From: Eledone cirrhosa
Taxonomy: Eukaryota
Assembly: GCA_964016885.1 (NCBI GenBank)
Contig: OZ024741.1
Span: forward strand, 278,504,001-278,568,000
Direction of reading: 5' to 3'
DNA length: 64,000 nucleotides
A model generated the notes under the pieces. That model searched no databases, was not told the DNA's origin, and saw only the letters and a program-made list of their open reading frames with translations. The translations under genes were made by a program, and so were the position numbers. Below are positions 11,585-25,869 of the stretch, piece after piece. Numbering within the stretch: the first letter of the stretch is position 1; each line of letters starts with the position of its first letter.

Positions 11585-14380
11585 TTCTTCTGGTTTTATA
11601 AGTTCAAACATTTTTTCCCAATAAAGAGAGTCAGTTTCTACCATAGACACAAGACTCTCTCATTGGAATTTACACAATATCAACTAGGTAGAATATGTAT
11701 GTATGCATGTGTAGATATGGATGTTATTGTATGTGTGGATGTATATGTTTTGAGTTGTATGTGTGCATGTGTATATGCTTTGTATCTGTACATGTGTATA
11801 TACAGTTATTAGATGCAACATTTTTGGAATGTTCTACATATTTTTACTGTTCCATTAATGGATTGTACTTGTAATTTCCTAACTAGTTGTGTTCTTTCTG
11901 TTCCTGTGAAGACTAGCTTCTCTAGTTACTAACATATCCCAGTGCCCTAATAATCACAGGCATAAATCTGAAGGTGTAATCTGGGTGGAGTATCTGCAAA
12001 TTTCTCATCAGTTCTGCATAAATATTCTCCTTTTCACTAATCTTTGATATTATATTGGCATCTGCTGGGCAGCTAACTTTCCACTACTGTGCATGTTTTC
12101 TTCTCCCTGTCCCATATAATATCTGGTCTGTTATACCTGCATTTTATTGGGGTTTTTACTGGAACATTCCACCAGTACTCTTTCATATTATGTACATGGA
12201 TGTCTTCCACATTGCTGTAGCTTTTAATGTGTCTATTATCGGGGCTATCTTTTTTACGGATTGCATTGTACAGTGTTTTGGCCACTACATCATGCCTCAT
12301 AGGTAGATAGTACCGCGATGATGTCTTTGGACAGCTGCTGATGACATGGGTGATATGCTCGATGTTAGTTCTGCAGAGTCTGCACTTGTTATCACATCTA
12401 GGTGTTTTGCCTGCATCCCTATCTCTTTTGTGAATCAGGTATTTCGTGTTAATCTCCTGTTCTTGGATTGCAAAAGCGTATCCTTCAAAGTGGGAGCCAA
12501 TATAGCGGTTGTTGGTCCAAGATAGACTACTTTCCTTATCTATATTACTCTCACTCTGGAGCTTCCTGGCAACATATCCATGCATGATTTTTTGCTGATA
12601 AGCACTGCGATATTGCTGAGCGACTTCCCTGGGTGTGAGTTTTTGATTATCACACAGAGAATATCTCTTGAGGAGTTCCTTCCCATCTCTCATGATCTTA
12701 TCTGTTTCATGCAGATAGACTTGCTCAAGAAACGGACTCCTACGCTTCGAGGTTCGTAGATGTTGTCAGAGAGATATGATGCGACATTCAAATGCTATCT
12801 GGACTGATGTTAGGCCTCTGCCTCCCTGCTTACGTTTCAAGTAAAGGTGGTCTATGTCACTGTTGATGTGGAAGTTTCCGGTGTTGTTTAGTATCTTTCG
12901 AGTTCTAACATCAACTGCTCGGATTTCGTCTATCGTCCATTTGAGTATTCCAAACGTTGGTGTTAGGACAGGCACAGCAAACACATTGTGAGCCACTGTT
13001 TTATTTTGCGCAGAGAGTTCTGATGACCAGATCTTTCTTAATCGGGTGTAGTATTCCCTGGTTATGCGTTCCTTATTACAGATACGATTATAGAATATGT
13101 TCTCACCTATCCCCAGGTATTTGTAGTAGTCCTCATCAGATATAGGTGAAACAGTTAGGCCATTGATGACAATGTTGCTAGATTGGGTTATTGTTTTCCC
13201 TGCTTTAGAGTCATGTATGAGCATTTATCTTGGCCAAACTCCATTCCTATATCCTTTGAGAACGTTGTAACCAGGTCAAGATTTTTCTTCATCCCATCCA
13301 TGTTCTTGGCATAGAGTGTCAGATCGTCCACAAAGAAATTATGGGTTAGGTTCGTATTTCTGTCCTCCTGTGAGCCAATGATGTATCCCTCACATTTCTT
13401 GAGCAGAAAGGACAATGGGTTTAATGACAAGATGAATAATATCACAGAGAGACTATCCCCCTGAAATATACCCCTGCAATATTTTATTTTATCAGTGTAA
13501 ATAGAGTCCTCCCTCTCTGTCTTTAACCTTAGGATAGTAGCCCAAGAAGAAGACAGCCTCTCTATGACTCTGACAATAATGTCTGGGACTTTAGCAAGTT
13601 GGAGGGCCTCTATCATTCAAGAGTGGCGGACAGAATCGAAAGCTTTCCTGTAGTCCAGCCAGACTGTAGCCATATTCCTCCTAAGTTGTCGCACCTCCGA
13701 CATCACAGTTTTGTTAATTAGGAGTTGTTCAGCACATCCCCAAACCCCTTTCTTTCCAGCTGCTTGTTCATCTGTGATGATGTTATTATTTTCAGTGATC
13801 TTGGAGGAATAGGTTCAGGCAGGCTGTATACATCTTATACATAAGGTTCTGGCATGCAATGGTCGGTAGTTTTTTGCTAAGTGGGTGTCTTTGTTCTTGG
13901 GGACCAGTAATGTTTGTGCTAATGTCAACTATTCTGGTATAAGTGTATCTCCCTTAAGAAATTGTTGGTAGAGGTCAGTAAGATACCTCCGATAGAATAT
14001 CATTTTTTAGTACCAGTAGCCGACAATCATGTCTCTTCCTGGTGTTTTCTTATCTTGGAGTTTTCCTATCACAGTTTCAAGGGTACCCTCACTTATTTCG
14101 TATGTTTTTGTTGTAATAGTTCTTTCGGATTTCTCTTAGCCACACTGCATCTTGGTTGAAGTTCTTCTTTACACCCCATATTTTGCTCCAAAAGAAATCT
14201 ATGTCTTTCTGGGATGGGGCCTCTGTAACTCTTATTATTTTGCCCTTCATATCTCTATAGACTGATGTTTGGTTTCGTCTGAATCTTTTATTAAGCACTT
14301 TTCTCTCATCTACCTTCTTCAGGTATTGGCGTTTTTCGCTAACAGCTCTCAATTTTTGTTTGAGGTTGATCAGCTTATAG
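11585..14380 (-). mobile_element. R4/Dong-like non-LTR retrotransposon (restriction-like endonuclease), copy 2, frameshifted
   Basis: RT motifs WLDYRKAFDSV, GIFQGDSLS, FFVDDL, YKYLGI, GGRGL. CCHC knuckle CRLC..HITHVISSC, RHD motif, RPDII.D endonuclease motif. Confidence 0.88.
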
Positions 14381-14431
14381 ATGTATCAGCTTATGTATGT
14401 ATGTATCAGCTTTTGTATGTATGTATGTATG

Positions 14432-15135
14432 TTCTTCTGGTTTTATAATTTCACAAAGTTTTACCAATAGAGAGAGAGTCGGTTTCTAACATAGACACAA
14501 TACTCTCTCATTGGAATTTACACAACATCAACTAGGTAGATATGTATGTATGTCTGCATGCATGCATGTGTAGATATGGATGTTATTGTATGTGTGGATG
14601 TGTATTTTTTGAGTTGTATGTGTGCATGTGTATATGCTTTGTATCTGTACATGTGTATATGCAGTTATTAGATGCAACATTTTTGGAATGTTTTACATAT
14701 TTTTACTGTTCCATTAATGGATTGTACTTGTAATTTCCTAACTAGTTGTGTTCTTTCTGTTCCTGTGAAGCCTAGCTTCTCAAGATTTGTATTGAGGCAG
14801 TTACTAACATATCCCAGTGCCCCAATAATCACAGGCATAAATCTGAAGGTGTAATCAGGGTGGAGTATCTGCAGATTTCTCATCAGTTCTGCATAAATAT
14901 TCTCCTTTTCACTAATCTTTGATATTATATTGGCATCTGCTGGGCAGCTAATTTCCACTACTGTGCATGTTTTCTTCTCCCTGTCCCATATCATAATATC
15001 TGGTCTGTTATGCCTGCATTTTATTGGGGTTTTTACTGGAACATTCCACCAGTACTCTTTCATATTATGTACATGGATGTCTTCCACATTGTTGTAGCTT
15101 TTAATGTGTTTATTATCGGGGCTATCTTTTTTACG
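14432..15135 (-). mobile_element. R4/Dong-like LINE 3' fragment, copy 3
   Basis: Open C-terminus NRPDIMIWDREKKTCTVVEISCP...KENIYAEL...PVIIGALG. Flanked by (TATG)n. Confidence 0.88.
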
Positions 15136-15199
15136 ATGTATGTATGTATGTATGTATGTATGTATGTACATACATACATACATACATACATACGATTAC

Positions 15200-16432
15200 A
15201 TATGTAATCGATACAGCAACCTTGACAGTGAAATCTCACTTAGGATTAGGAAAGCAAGGGATGCTTTCGGAAAGCTAGAAAGGCGACTCTGGGGTTGGCG
15301 AGACATATGCAGGAGGACAAAGGTAAAGGTGTACAGGGCATGTGTGCTCTCATGTCTTCTTTATGCCTGTGAGACCTGGGTCACATATCGACACCACCTT
15401 AAGCAATTGGAGCGTTTCCATCAGATGTGTCTCAGACGGATCCATGGCGTTCACTGGAGGGACCACATCAGTGATGTCGAGATTTTGGAAAGCTCTGTGT
15501 GACGGTATAGAAGCTCTTGTGCTTCAGCAACAACTCCGTTGGAGTGGTCACCTTGCCAGGATGAAGGATTCTAGAATACCAAAACAACTCTTTTATGGAG
15601 AGTTGGTTAAAGGAAAACGACCGCCACATAAACCAAAAAAGAGGTATAAGGATTCCTTGAAAGCCTCTCTGAAAGACGCTAACATCTCTGCTGATACATG
15701 GGAGAATATTGATGCTGATCGTAATAAATGGAGAAAGACTGTATATGAGGGAAAAGTTGCCTTTGAGGCATCTCGAATCGCATACGAGAAAGTAAAGCGG
15801 GATGTGAGGAAGGGCATTGCTGTTGCACTTCCAGACGTCGAGGGTCCTCCTATGGTGCTGACATGCAGTGTCTGTGCGAGACTCTGCCTAAGCAAAGCTG
15901 GACTCGAAAGTCATCTTCGCAGTCATAAAGTAAGACCAGTGGTTGACTACCAAGCTGCTGTTGGAGATGCTACTCATCATGCTTGCCAAACATGTGGTAG
16001 AGAATGTAAATCAGCAGGAGGGCTCAAGCGACATACAAAAGTACACAAACTCCAACCACAGTCGACTATTCCCAGTGAATGTTTTGGTTGCCGACTCTGT
16101 GCAAGACATTTTAGATCATTGGCTGGGCTAAAAAGCCACATTCGATCGCAGCGCTGTTAGTTGCTATCGTGTGTGTGTGTGTGTATAGATATGTTTATGT
16201 GTGTGTGTGTATGTGTATATATATATATGTATATGTATATTATTATTGTTGTTGTCGTTATTATTGTTGTTATTATTATTATTATTATTGTTATTAATGT
16301 ATGTGTGTGTGTGTATATGTGTATGTATATATATATATATTTTTTATTTTTATTTTATTTTTTATTTATTTATTAATTTTTTTTTTTTCTCCTCGTGCAA
16401 TGGCCATACTCGATAACGAGGGGGCAGCCATG
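15200..16432 (+). mobile_element. 5'-truncated RTE-clade LINE with three C-terminal C2H2 zinc fingers
   Basis: EISLRIRKARDAFGKL..LLYACETW..LERFHQMCLRRI, one frameshift, QLRWSGHLARM..RIPKQLFYGEL, then three CxxC-x12-Hxxx(H) fingers. 3' end atggccatactcgataacgagggggcagccat + (TATG)n. Confidence 0.85.
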
Positions 16433-16940
16433 ATGTATGTATGTATGTATGTATGTATGTATGTATGCATGTTTCTATGTGTGTACATATGTATATATGT
16501 ATTTGTACACTGGAGGAATACATAAACACATATGCAGGCATGCATAAATAGATAGAGAGATAGCTGAAAGATAGTATAAAGAAGGTGGGGTTGGAAGGAT
16601 ATTTCAGATGATGGCAAGTAAGGTGGAAAGGTAGCTGTAGTGAAAGGTAGAAACCTTGATGTAAATCACAAGGTCTAATGGCCTTATCTAGTTATAGCAA
16701 TATGACAATTTTAAGAGTATTTAATCTCATTTTACGAAGGGCAGCCATTTTAGACTCAAATCTGCATTGGGACTTTCTACTTGTATTCTCTTTTAGAACA
16801 ATATCTGCTGATTCATTCAGTTTTCTTACTTATCACATTCATTCCCTATTAATGGGAGATTTCATCCCATAGTGGCAGAAGATTTCCATTCCTATTTAAC
16901 ACATTTTGTGGTTTAGGAAGCAGAGAATAGGATTAAGGGA

Positions 16941-17029
<89 letters not shown>

Positions 17030-17354
17030 AAGTAGACCCACAGCATATTTATAAGAATTTGAATGAAGGATAACATTTTTATCAGAGGAATAAGAAAGTG
17101 AATGCTTAACTGAGACTGGAAGACTCCATTTAGATTCTAAATGAGATAAATATAACTGTTTGTATTGTTCAACGCAGTGCCTGCACAAAGACCAGTTGGA
17201 TATCTCTGTCAATACCAAACTGAATTTGATTCCTTCAAACAAAGTCATGATTTTCTTTTCCTCATAAATGTTTACCAAATTTTTGCCACTGTCATTACAA
17301 TGACATCTTTGGGATTTTCCTGTTCAATTTATATGTCTGTGTGTGCGTTTGTTT

Positions 17355-17371
17355 GTGTATATATATATATG

Positions 17372-17402
<31 letters not shown>

Positions 17403-17467
17403 CTATATATATATATATTTATATATACATATATGTATATACACATATATGTATATATACATATGTC

Positions 17468-17506
<39 letters not shown>

Positions 17507-17852
17507 GTATAAATACATATATGTACATATATATATATATAGACATATGTATATATACATATATGTATATATACATATATGTATATATAAATATATATAT
17601 ATAGATATACATATATATACATATATATAGATATACATATATATACATATATATTTATATATACATATATATACATATATATTTATATATACATATATGT
17701 ACATATATATGTATATATACATATATGTATATATGTATATATAAATATATATATATATAGATATGTATATATAAATATATATATATATAGATATACATAT
17801 ATATACATATATATTTATATATACATATATATACATATATATTTATATATAC

Positions 17853-17886
<34 letters not shown>

Positions 17887-17965
17887 GTACATATATATGT
17901 ATATATACATATATGTATATATTTATATATATTTATATGTATATATATATATGTATATATATATA
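17355..17965. repeat. Compound (TA)n/(TACA)/(TATG) microsatellite
   Basis: Direct reading. Similar tracts at 16943-17026, 19024-19470, 30779-31008 and 37924-38150. Confidence 0.95.
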
Positions 17966-18438
17966 TCATCATCATCATCATCGTTTAACGTCCATCTTCC
18001 ACGCTTGCATGGGTTTGGACGGGAGTTTTCCCACTTGAGGCAAGATTGGTTGTCTTGCTCGTATAAGACTGTCTGGCGGGTTTTCTACAGCTGGATGCCC
18101 TTCCTAACACCAACCACGTTTACAGTGTGGACTGGGAGGTTTTTACCGTATTACCTACACGGCCACATTACAGCGTGGACTGTGTGTTTTTTTTTGTGAC
18201 ACCTACACGACCTCATTTATTTCGGACTGGATGTTGTGGTACCAACATAACTTTACATCGAAAGGGGTGGTGTGGATGGGGTGTGGCGGGGGTATATTTT
18301 TGTTAGAGGTGCCTCCTGACTGTAGGTTTCGCTTTGTACTTAGGCAAGATCTCGGTCCAGTGACATTGTCTTGGAGAGGTGTAAGTGTGTGAGGTCGGAA
18401 TTTATCAAGTCGTCCCAGGTTTTTCTTGCCTACTCCAT
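17966..18438 (-). mobile_element. RTE LINE 3' end fragment
   Basis: Same 3' UTR and C-terminal coding end as 35657-36150. Confidence 0.85.
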
Positions 18439-19019
18439 GTATATTTATATATATATATATATATTTATATCATGATAAATTAATGGAGCCATAGACTCTC
18501 GTTATATCTCTCTCTAGTGTGTTACCTTTTCAACATATTGTATATATTTATATATGTATATTTATATATATATTTATATATGTATATTTATATATATATC
18601 ATCATCATCATCAATGTTTTACGTCCGTTCTTCTACGCTGTCCTGTTGTGGGCAGTGTCCAGTCAGCTGGCTTTGTCGTGTTCATACAGGAACTGATTCT
18701 GGCTTGATTTCTACAGCTGGATGCCCTCCCTAACCTCATTTACAGTGAGTGCTGGGTGCTTTTTTTCCGTGGCACCTACATGTCCTCTTTACAGTGTGGA
18801 CCTACAGCTGGGTGCTTTTTTGCTGTGGCACCTCCACGACCACTTTGCAGTGGAATGATAGGGACCCCAGTCCTATCATCTCATTTCTACAGCTGAGTAA
18901 ACTGGAGCAATGTGAAATAAAGTGTCTTGCTCAAGGAAACAACACATCACCCGGTCCGAGAATTGAACTTACAACCTTTTGATTGCAAGCCCAATGCTCT
19001 AACCATTAAACCATGTGCC

Positions 19020-19068
<49 letters not shown>

Positions 19069-19293
19069 GTATATTTATATATATATATTTATATGTATAT
19101 TTATATATATAAGAGAGTATTGAAGTTTGCTTGAAGCATTGTATATGTATATTTATATATATATTTATATTTATTTATATGTATATTTATATCTATATAT
19201 ATATATGTATGTATGTATATATATATATATTTATATGTATATTTATATATATGTATATTTATATATATATATATTTATATATATATGTATATT

Positions 19294-19324
<31 letters not shown>

Positions 19325-19526
19325 ATTTATATTTATATATATATGTATATTTATATATCTATGTATATTTATATATCTATGTATATTGATATATGTATGT
19401 ATGTATATATGTATATGTATATTTATATATGTGTATATATCTATATATATATATGTATGTATGTATATATATATTTGTATGCACATGCACACATATATAA
19501 TCTTTTTTATATATTTCCACGCAAAG

Positions 19527-19562
<36 letters not shown>

Positions 19563-19763
19563 TGAGAGAGATGTATAAATCTATGTTTCTTTGTTATTTA
19601 TCAATTTCTTCATTTTTGGGAAAAAACAAACAAGTTATTTTCTCTTTTTAACAAATTATTATTATTAATTTTTTATTTTTCATCCTTGTATCCATTTTTA
19701 TGTTGTTTTGCCAATTTTGCCATGAAATTATTTTGTAAATGTTGATTTATTATTATTATTAAT

Positions 19764-20135
19764 GGTGGATTGGCAGTATTCGTAGAGGGTCGGACGCCAT
19801 GCTTTGACGCATAGAGTTACGGCCCTTGCCATTCTGAGTTCAAATCCCGCCGAGGTTATCTTTGCCTTTCATCCTTACGGGGTAGATAAAATAAAGTACC
19901 AGTAATACACTGGGTAATTGCTGGCCTTGTGCCTATGTAGAAACAATTATTATTATTATATTGGCAGTATCGGCAGAGGGTTGGACGCCATGCTTTCTAG
20001 CACAGTTACATCCCTTTACAGTCTGAGTTCAAATCCCGCCGAGGTTAACTTTGCCTTTCATCCTTACGAGGTCAATAAAATAAAGTACCAGTAATGTACT
20101 GGGTAATTGCTGGCCTTGTGCCTAAAGTAGAAACA
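19764..20135 (+). mobile_element. Two tandem family-1 SINEs with (ATT)n tails
   Basis: 19764-19958 and 19961-20150. Each has gagttcaaatcccgccgagg-tttgcctttcatccttacg-aaataaagtaccagtaa. Confidence 0.8.
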
Positions 20136-20890
20136 ATTATTATTATTATTATTATGATTATTATTATTACCAACATCGTCATCATCAGCATTATCAATAT
20201 TATTGTTGTTGTTGATCATTATCATTGTTTAGTTTATTATTTATTGTTGTTATTGTTTAAAAACTGCTCATGTGGTTGGGTTTAAACTGGATGGTGAGAA
20301 AATATACAAATGAAATCTAATGCTTTACATTTCTGTTCTGAATAATGCATAGCTCCTATTATATTGATATGCCAAAGACTTGGAGAATTATTGACAGTTT
20401 CCACCTCTTGTTTCTCCCCCTCTTCTACTTCTTGTTTTTTTTTCCTGAGAAAATATTTGTGAATCCTTATATGCATGTGATGGCTTATAACAATGTATAA
20501 TTTAAACCAAACAATGAAATGTGCATAACTAAATGTATGTAATTTCAGTGGATTATATAATATATAAAAAGATCCTTTGCCTTGATCACTTTGCTTTTTC
20601 TATATTCTAAATGCACACAGATAAATACATGTACATTGAATGTCTGCCTTTAAACATAGGCAGAAAATTGGCAGTGTCATTAGGGTATCAGATAAAAATA
20701 CTTTGGTATTTGTTCCTAGCTCACCGGGTTTTGAGTTCCAATCCCACCAAAGTCAACTTTATCTTTCATCAATTTTTGGAGGAGAGGGAGGTTGATATTA
20801 ATAAATAAAGTACCATTCCAGGGGTGTGTGTGTGGTGGGGGATTGGTAGAGTTATTGAAATGTTACATGGGGATGTTTAGTGATATTTAA

Positions 20891-21156
20891 CCTTTTAGTA
20901 TTTACATTACTCTATATTTAACCCTTTAGTATTTACATTACGTTATATTTAACCCTTTAGTATTTACATTACTCTATATTTACTATTGTATTTTCATGGT
21001 AAACACTTTTTCTCACGTAATATAAAATCTATGAGATTTTGTTATTTATTTTGACAACAATACCTTAACAAAGTATGAGCAGCTGGTTACGGCCTGTTTG
21101 AGCAGAAAGAGGCGAGAGAGTTCTGGCTGGATATGGCTGGTTTAAATGCTAAAGAG
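20891..21156. mobile_element. piggyBac-type MITE with triplicated left end
   Basis: TTAA flanks, termini cc(c/t)tttag...ctaaagag. Reverse-complement relative of 49599-49818. Confidence 0.75.
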
Positions 21157-22012
21157 TTAATCTGGTTGTGTGCATTCTGAGTTCAAATCCTACTTCCTTC
21201 TGCCAAGAGTTGCAACAGGCAGATAATAACTTGTAATAGAATGGAAGTGGCAACTCATTGCAATAAAATGCAGCCATAAGAGAAAAGATCTGAAGTGAAG
21301 GCTTCATCATTGCTTCTATCTTCCCAATGGATTGGATGAAACACACACATATACTTACACACACACACGCATATGCACACACACACATACACACACATAC
21401 ACACACATACACACTCATACACGCTCATACACACTCATACACGCTCATACACACACAGATGAAACACATATATACACACCCACACATACATACACACACA
21501 TATGTACACACATACATACACACACACATACACATGCACACATACACATACAAACAAACAGATAAATCATGATGATGATGTTGATGGAACCTCTGTTCTA
21601 TCAATTGAATGTACATCTCATGTATTAATTAATATTTAAGTGGTTGAGTATTCCATGGATAGATGTACCCTTAACGTAATTCTCAAACCAAGTCAGTGTG
21701 ACACAATATGTGACAAGACTGGACCTTTGAATTAAAGACACAGTTCAGCCATCAGGCTTCTACACAGTTTCTGTCTAACAGTTTCACTCACCATGCTTGG
21801 GTCAATCCGAGGTTATATACATACACACATACACACATACATACACACATATACACATACACATACACCACACAGTTGAGCCGCATCAAGTGTATATGTT
21901 TTTATTCCCAGCCTAAGGTCTGATACTTTGTGTGTGTATGTATGAATGTACAAACATAGGTATGCATGTGTATAAACACATTAAAACAAATGACTTTCTG
22001 TTTGTTCTGTAG

Positions 22013-22193
22013 AGAGGTAAAACAGAGGCTGAAGCAAGTTCAGAATGGTTTGGATAAAATCCAGGAAACCAATGATTTGGTTGATAGAATGAAGAAAGAA
22101 TTGGTGGCTCTTGAACCTGAGTTAAAAGAGAAATCAGCAAATACTATACAAATACTGGAAAACTTGGTTATTGATCAAGATGCAGCAGATAAA
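22013..22193 (+). CDS. DNAH6: Dynein heavy chain exon D (start of stalk CC1)
   Basis: ctgtag|A acceptor, AAA|gtaggt donor. EVKQRLKQVQNGLDKIQETNDLVDRMKKELVALEPELKEKS...DQDAADK. Phase compatible with exon C. Confidence 0.9.
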
Positions 22194-24624
22194 GTAGGTA
22201 TTCAGTTGTCAGTTGAAATTCTCTGTGATCAGTTTGATACTTTGAAGAAGTGACTGCTGATCCCTTCACTTGAATGAACAATAAATAGGGAGTGGCTGGC
22301 AAGAACATGTTTCTTTCTTGTGACTTCATCACCACCACCACCACCATCACCATCATCACCACCACCACCACCACCACCACCATTATCATCATATGCTAGC
22401 ATGAGTTATGGCTTAACAATGTGGGAGAATGCTGCCTGGCATGCAGAACCGTAGACTCAAGTTAATTCATGATTCCAGCAATCAGAATAGACAAAGTGTT
22501 ATCATGGAGGATAGCAAGGGAGACACATTGAAATAGCCATTCTAACTGATAGGGCTCACTCATGCAGGTTGCCAACTCTGCTTTGATATCAGAGTGTAGG
22601 TTCTGGGACCAAGAATGCCAGAAGTCTCCACTGCTATAAGTTTAATGATAAACCTATTGGAAAGTGGACAGTACATGAATGGCTTGTTATTTTCAGCTTG
22701 TTAGGTAATGAAACCTAGGGACTGTTGCAGAATGCCCGAGGTTGTTGCCGGAGAAAGTGTTGCTGTATGTCACAGTCCAGAGGAGGAGTTTACCACTGTG
22801 AAACAAGAAGATGAATAATCAAATCATAGAGAGACAGTTTCTGTTGACTTAGTATTGTTGAATAATGGAATTTACTTCTGATTGTTGTAGTTTAGCTCTA
22901 GATCATCTATGGTTGAACAAAACTATGATCAAATGTGTTCCAGCTCTGACCATTCTGTCTTTGTAGTAGTATCTATGATTACGCCATCTAATGTGTCCCA
23001 CACTTTTCCTGTCTGTTTTTATTAACGTGTAAACCCATGCTAGCCTGGAAGATAGACGTTAAACGATGATGATGATGATTGAGAGGAAGATACGACAAGT
23101 TGTCAGAGTCTTTAAGACATCAAATAGAAAGTCCCTTGTAATGTGTTTCTCTTCTCTGTAATCTGAGGTCAAGTCACGTGGAGGCCAGTTTTGCTTTTCA
23201 TCCTTTCAAGGTTGATAAAAATATACTAGTCCTCCAGTCTAGTATCAGGGTCAATTCTTCCTTTATATCTTTTTCTCACTTCCTCTCTATCACTCACTCA
23301 CTCTTTCTTTCTTTGAAATAAATCAGCTGTGCTCAAATCTGGGGAGGGAAAGGCCTTGCTTTGTATAAAATGCCCAAGACTTGATGTCACGAGTTATGGA
23401 CCACTGTTGATGCTGATTCAGAGGAAAAGGACTGTAATCATAATCTTTTTCAATGTATCTGAGGCCGATGGGAAGAAGATATCTGCAGACTAGACATCTG
23501 GCTTCAATGCTTGCCATAGAGTGAACTCTGCTGAAGGCAGCCAATAGCCAGGTAAAGGTGTTAAACTAGAGGACAGATTAAAAACGTCAACCAAGAAGAT
23601 GAATGGTGCCTTTGATGAGCTTCCATACAGTTTCTGTCTCCCAAATTTTGGTCAAATGACTTTGGATGTGATCTGAGTCTATGATAGAAGACACATGCTC
23701 TAGGTTTTGTGCAGTGTGTTTGAACCTGAAACAACATATTTTCAAAGTAAACTTCTTAAACACATAGCCATGTGGTAGAATGTGATTTTGAGAGAAATTT
23801 TGCTTACAGATTGTGCAACCATACAGAGGCACCTAAGTCATCTTGTTGAGATACAATTAATCAGAATAGATATAACATATTAAACAGAATAGCAACAATT
23901 CTACATTTCTACATTTGATTTGCAGTAAACATCCTGGTATCATTACTTAGTGTATTTGTTCTTTTTTGAAAGAACTTTGTTGATGGATAGCAAAATATAG
24001 TTTGGGTGGCAGGAACTAGTGATATTCTGTTATAGCAGTAGAATAGTTCAACAATTGTTAGATGTATTGTCTATTGAAATGGAACAGTTCTATTGGTTAG
24101 AAGGAGAATTGATTAAAACGTTGGTAGTGTATGACAAGTAAGATAGAAATTCTACAGAGATTTATTAGCTGTATTCTTTAGACATTCTCTATAAATTTAA
24201 AGCATAATGATTAGGAAAAAGGCATCAAAGGATCCAAGCTTGTGTGATACAATTTGTTATTTCAAATTATATCAAGTAATAAGTTTGCTGTAAATGGTCA
24301 GCTGAAGAAAAGTTAAATTGTTGTTACACAACTTAGTTTAGTGGCATTAATTATTATAAGAAATTTAGACAATTTATCAGTATATTCTGTAAAGTGGTTG
24401 GTTTTAGGAAGGTCATCCAGCCATAGAAACCATGCAAAAAATAGTTAAGAATTCTATTTGGTCACATTGTGGATACAACAATCTCTTTCTAGTGCTGGTG
24501 CAGTGATATAATACATCCAGTACACCCTATAAAGGGATTGGCATTAGAAAAGGCATCCAACCATAGAAATCATGCCAAAATGTGTTGAAAGAACTCTTCT
24601 GTCACATCACTGACACAATCTTTC

Positions 24625-25070
24625 TATAAGGTGGTAGTGCTGGTGCCATGAACAAATCACCTAGTCCACCCTGTACGGTTGAAATGCTGGTGCCATGAAA
24701 AAAGCACCCAGTTCATCCTGTACGGTTGAAATTCTGGTGCCATGACAAAAGCACCTAGTTCCCGATATAAGATAGTCGTACTGGTGCCATGACAAAAAGC
24801 ACCTAGTCCACCCTGTACGGTTGAAATGCTGGTGCCATGAAAAAAGCACCCAGTTCACCATATAAGATAGTTGTACTGGTGCCATGACAAAAAGCACCTA
24901 GTCTACCCTATAGTGTTGGTGCCACAACAAAACTCCCAGTACACACTGTAGGGTGGTTAGGGTAGGCATCCAGCTGTAGAAAGCCAAGGCCAAAACTGAG
25001 CATATGAATTGGACATAGTCACCTAACAGCCTGTCTAATCCATGCAAGCATGGAAAATAGATATTAAATG
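24625..25070 (+). repeat. RTE-3'UTR-derived unit with tandemly expanded ~47-bp repeat
   Basis: About 6-7 units tggtgccatg-aaaaagcacc(c/t)agt..., ending in the standard RTE 3' tail. Confidence 0.75.
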
Positions 25071-25430
25071 GTGATGATGATAATGATAATGATGGTGGTG
25101 GTGGTGGTGCTGATGCTGATGATGATGATGGTGGGGATGATGATGATAATGATGGCGGTGGTGGTGCTGCTGCTGATGGTGGTGGTGGTGGGGATGATGA
25201 TGATGATGATGATAATGATGGCGGTGGTGGTGGTGCTTTTGCGGATGGTGATAGTGGTGGTGGTGGTGCTGATGATGATGATGTTGGTGGTGCTGATGAT
25301 GACGATGATGGTGATGGTGGTGGTGGGGATGATGATGATGATAATGATGGCGGTGGTGGTGGTGCTGATGCTGATGGTGATGCTGATGGTGACGGTGATG
25401 GTGGTGGTGTGGTGGTGGTGGGGATGATGC
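25070..25430. repeat. (GAT/GGT/GCT)n trinucleotide tract
   Basis: Direct reading. It is the expanded tail of the preceding element. Confidence 0.9.
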
Positions 25431-25869
25431 TGAAATAGTTTTGAATTGAAATCACATTTGATTTTCAAAGTTAGCTTTGGTCAATGTAATTTTATTTTAT
25501 TTTAGTTTACATAAAATTGAATTTCTTTATGTTTCTTGAATGTTAGAGTGAAAGAATTGTGTGAAAGTGTTTCTTCTATCTTGTTAATGAAAGGTACAAA
25601 TTAGATTCTAATTATTTCTAACTGGAAATCAATTCTAACACAGCCATAATTGAAAGAATTATTTTTATAGGAATTATGTTTTAATTAAAATTATCTTCAT
25701 TAAATAGAAAGGAACTTTAGTTATTGATTTCAGCCAAATATTATTACAGCAGTGCTTTCTCACATTAAGCATTAAATGTAGAACTGCTTCAAGAATGAAC
25801 ATTTTAGGTTATGGTATAGTATGGATACATAACACCTGAGGGAATTGTAGGGGCACCGTATTGACATAT

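Noticed and set aside
19764-19860. tRNA gene candidates at SINE heads (also 26595-26665)
   Set aside because: A/B-box-like motifs but no complete cloverleaf. They continue into repeated SINE bodies.
24898-25468. Pro/Ser-, Thr/Ile- and Met/Val-rich ORFs (also 2252-2570)
   Set aside because: Trinucleotide repeat tracts with no splice or homology support.
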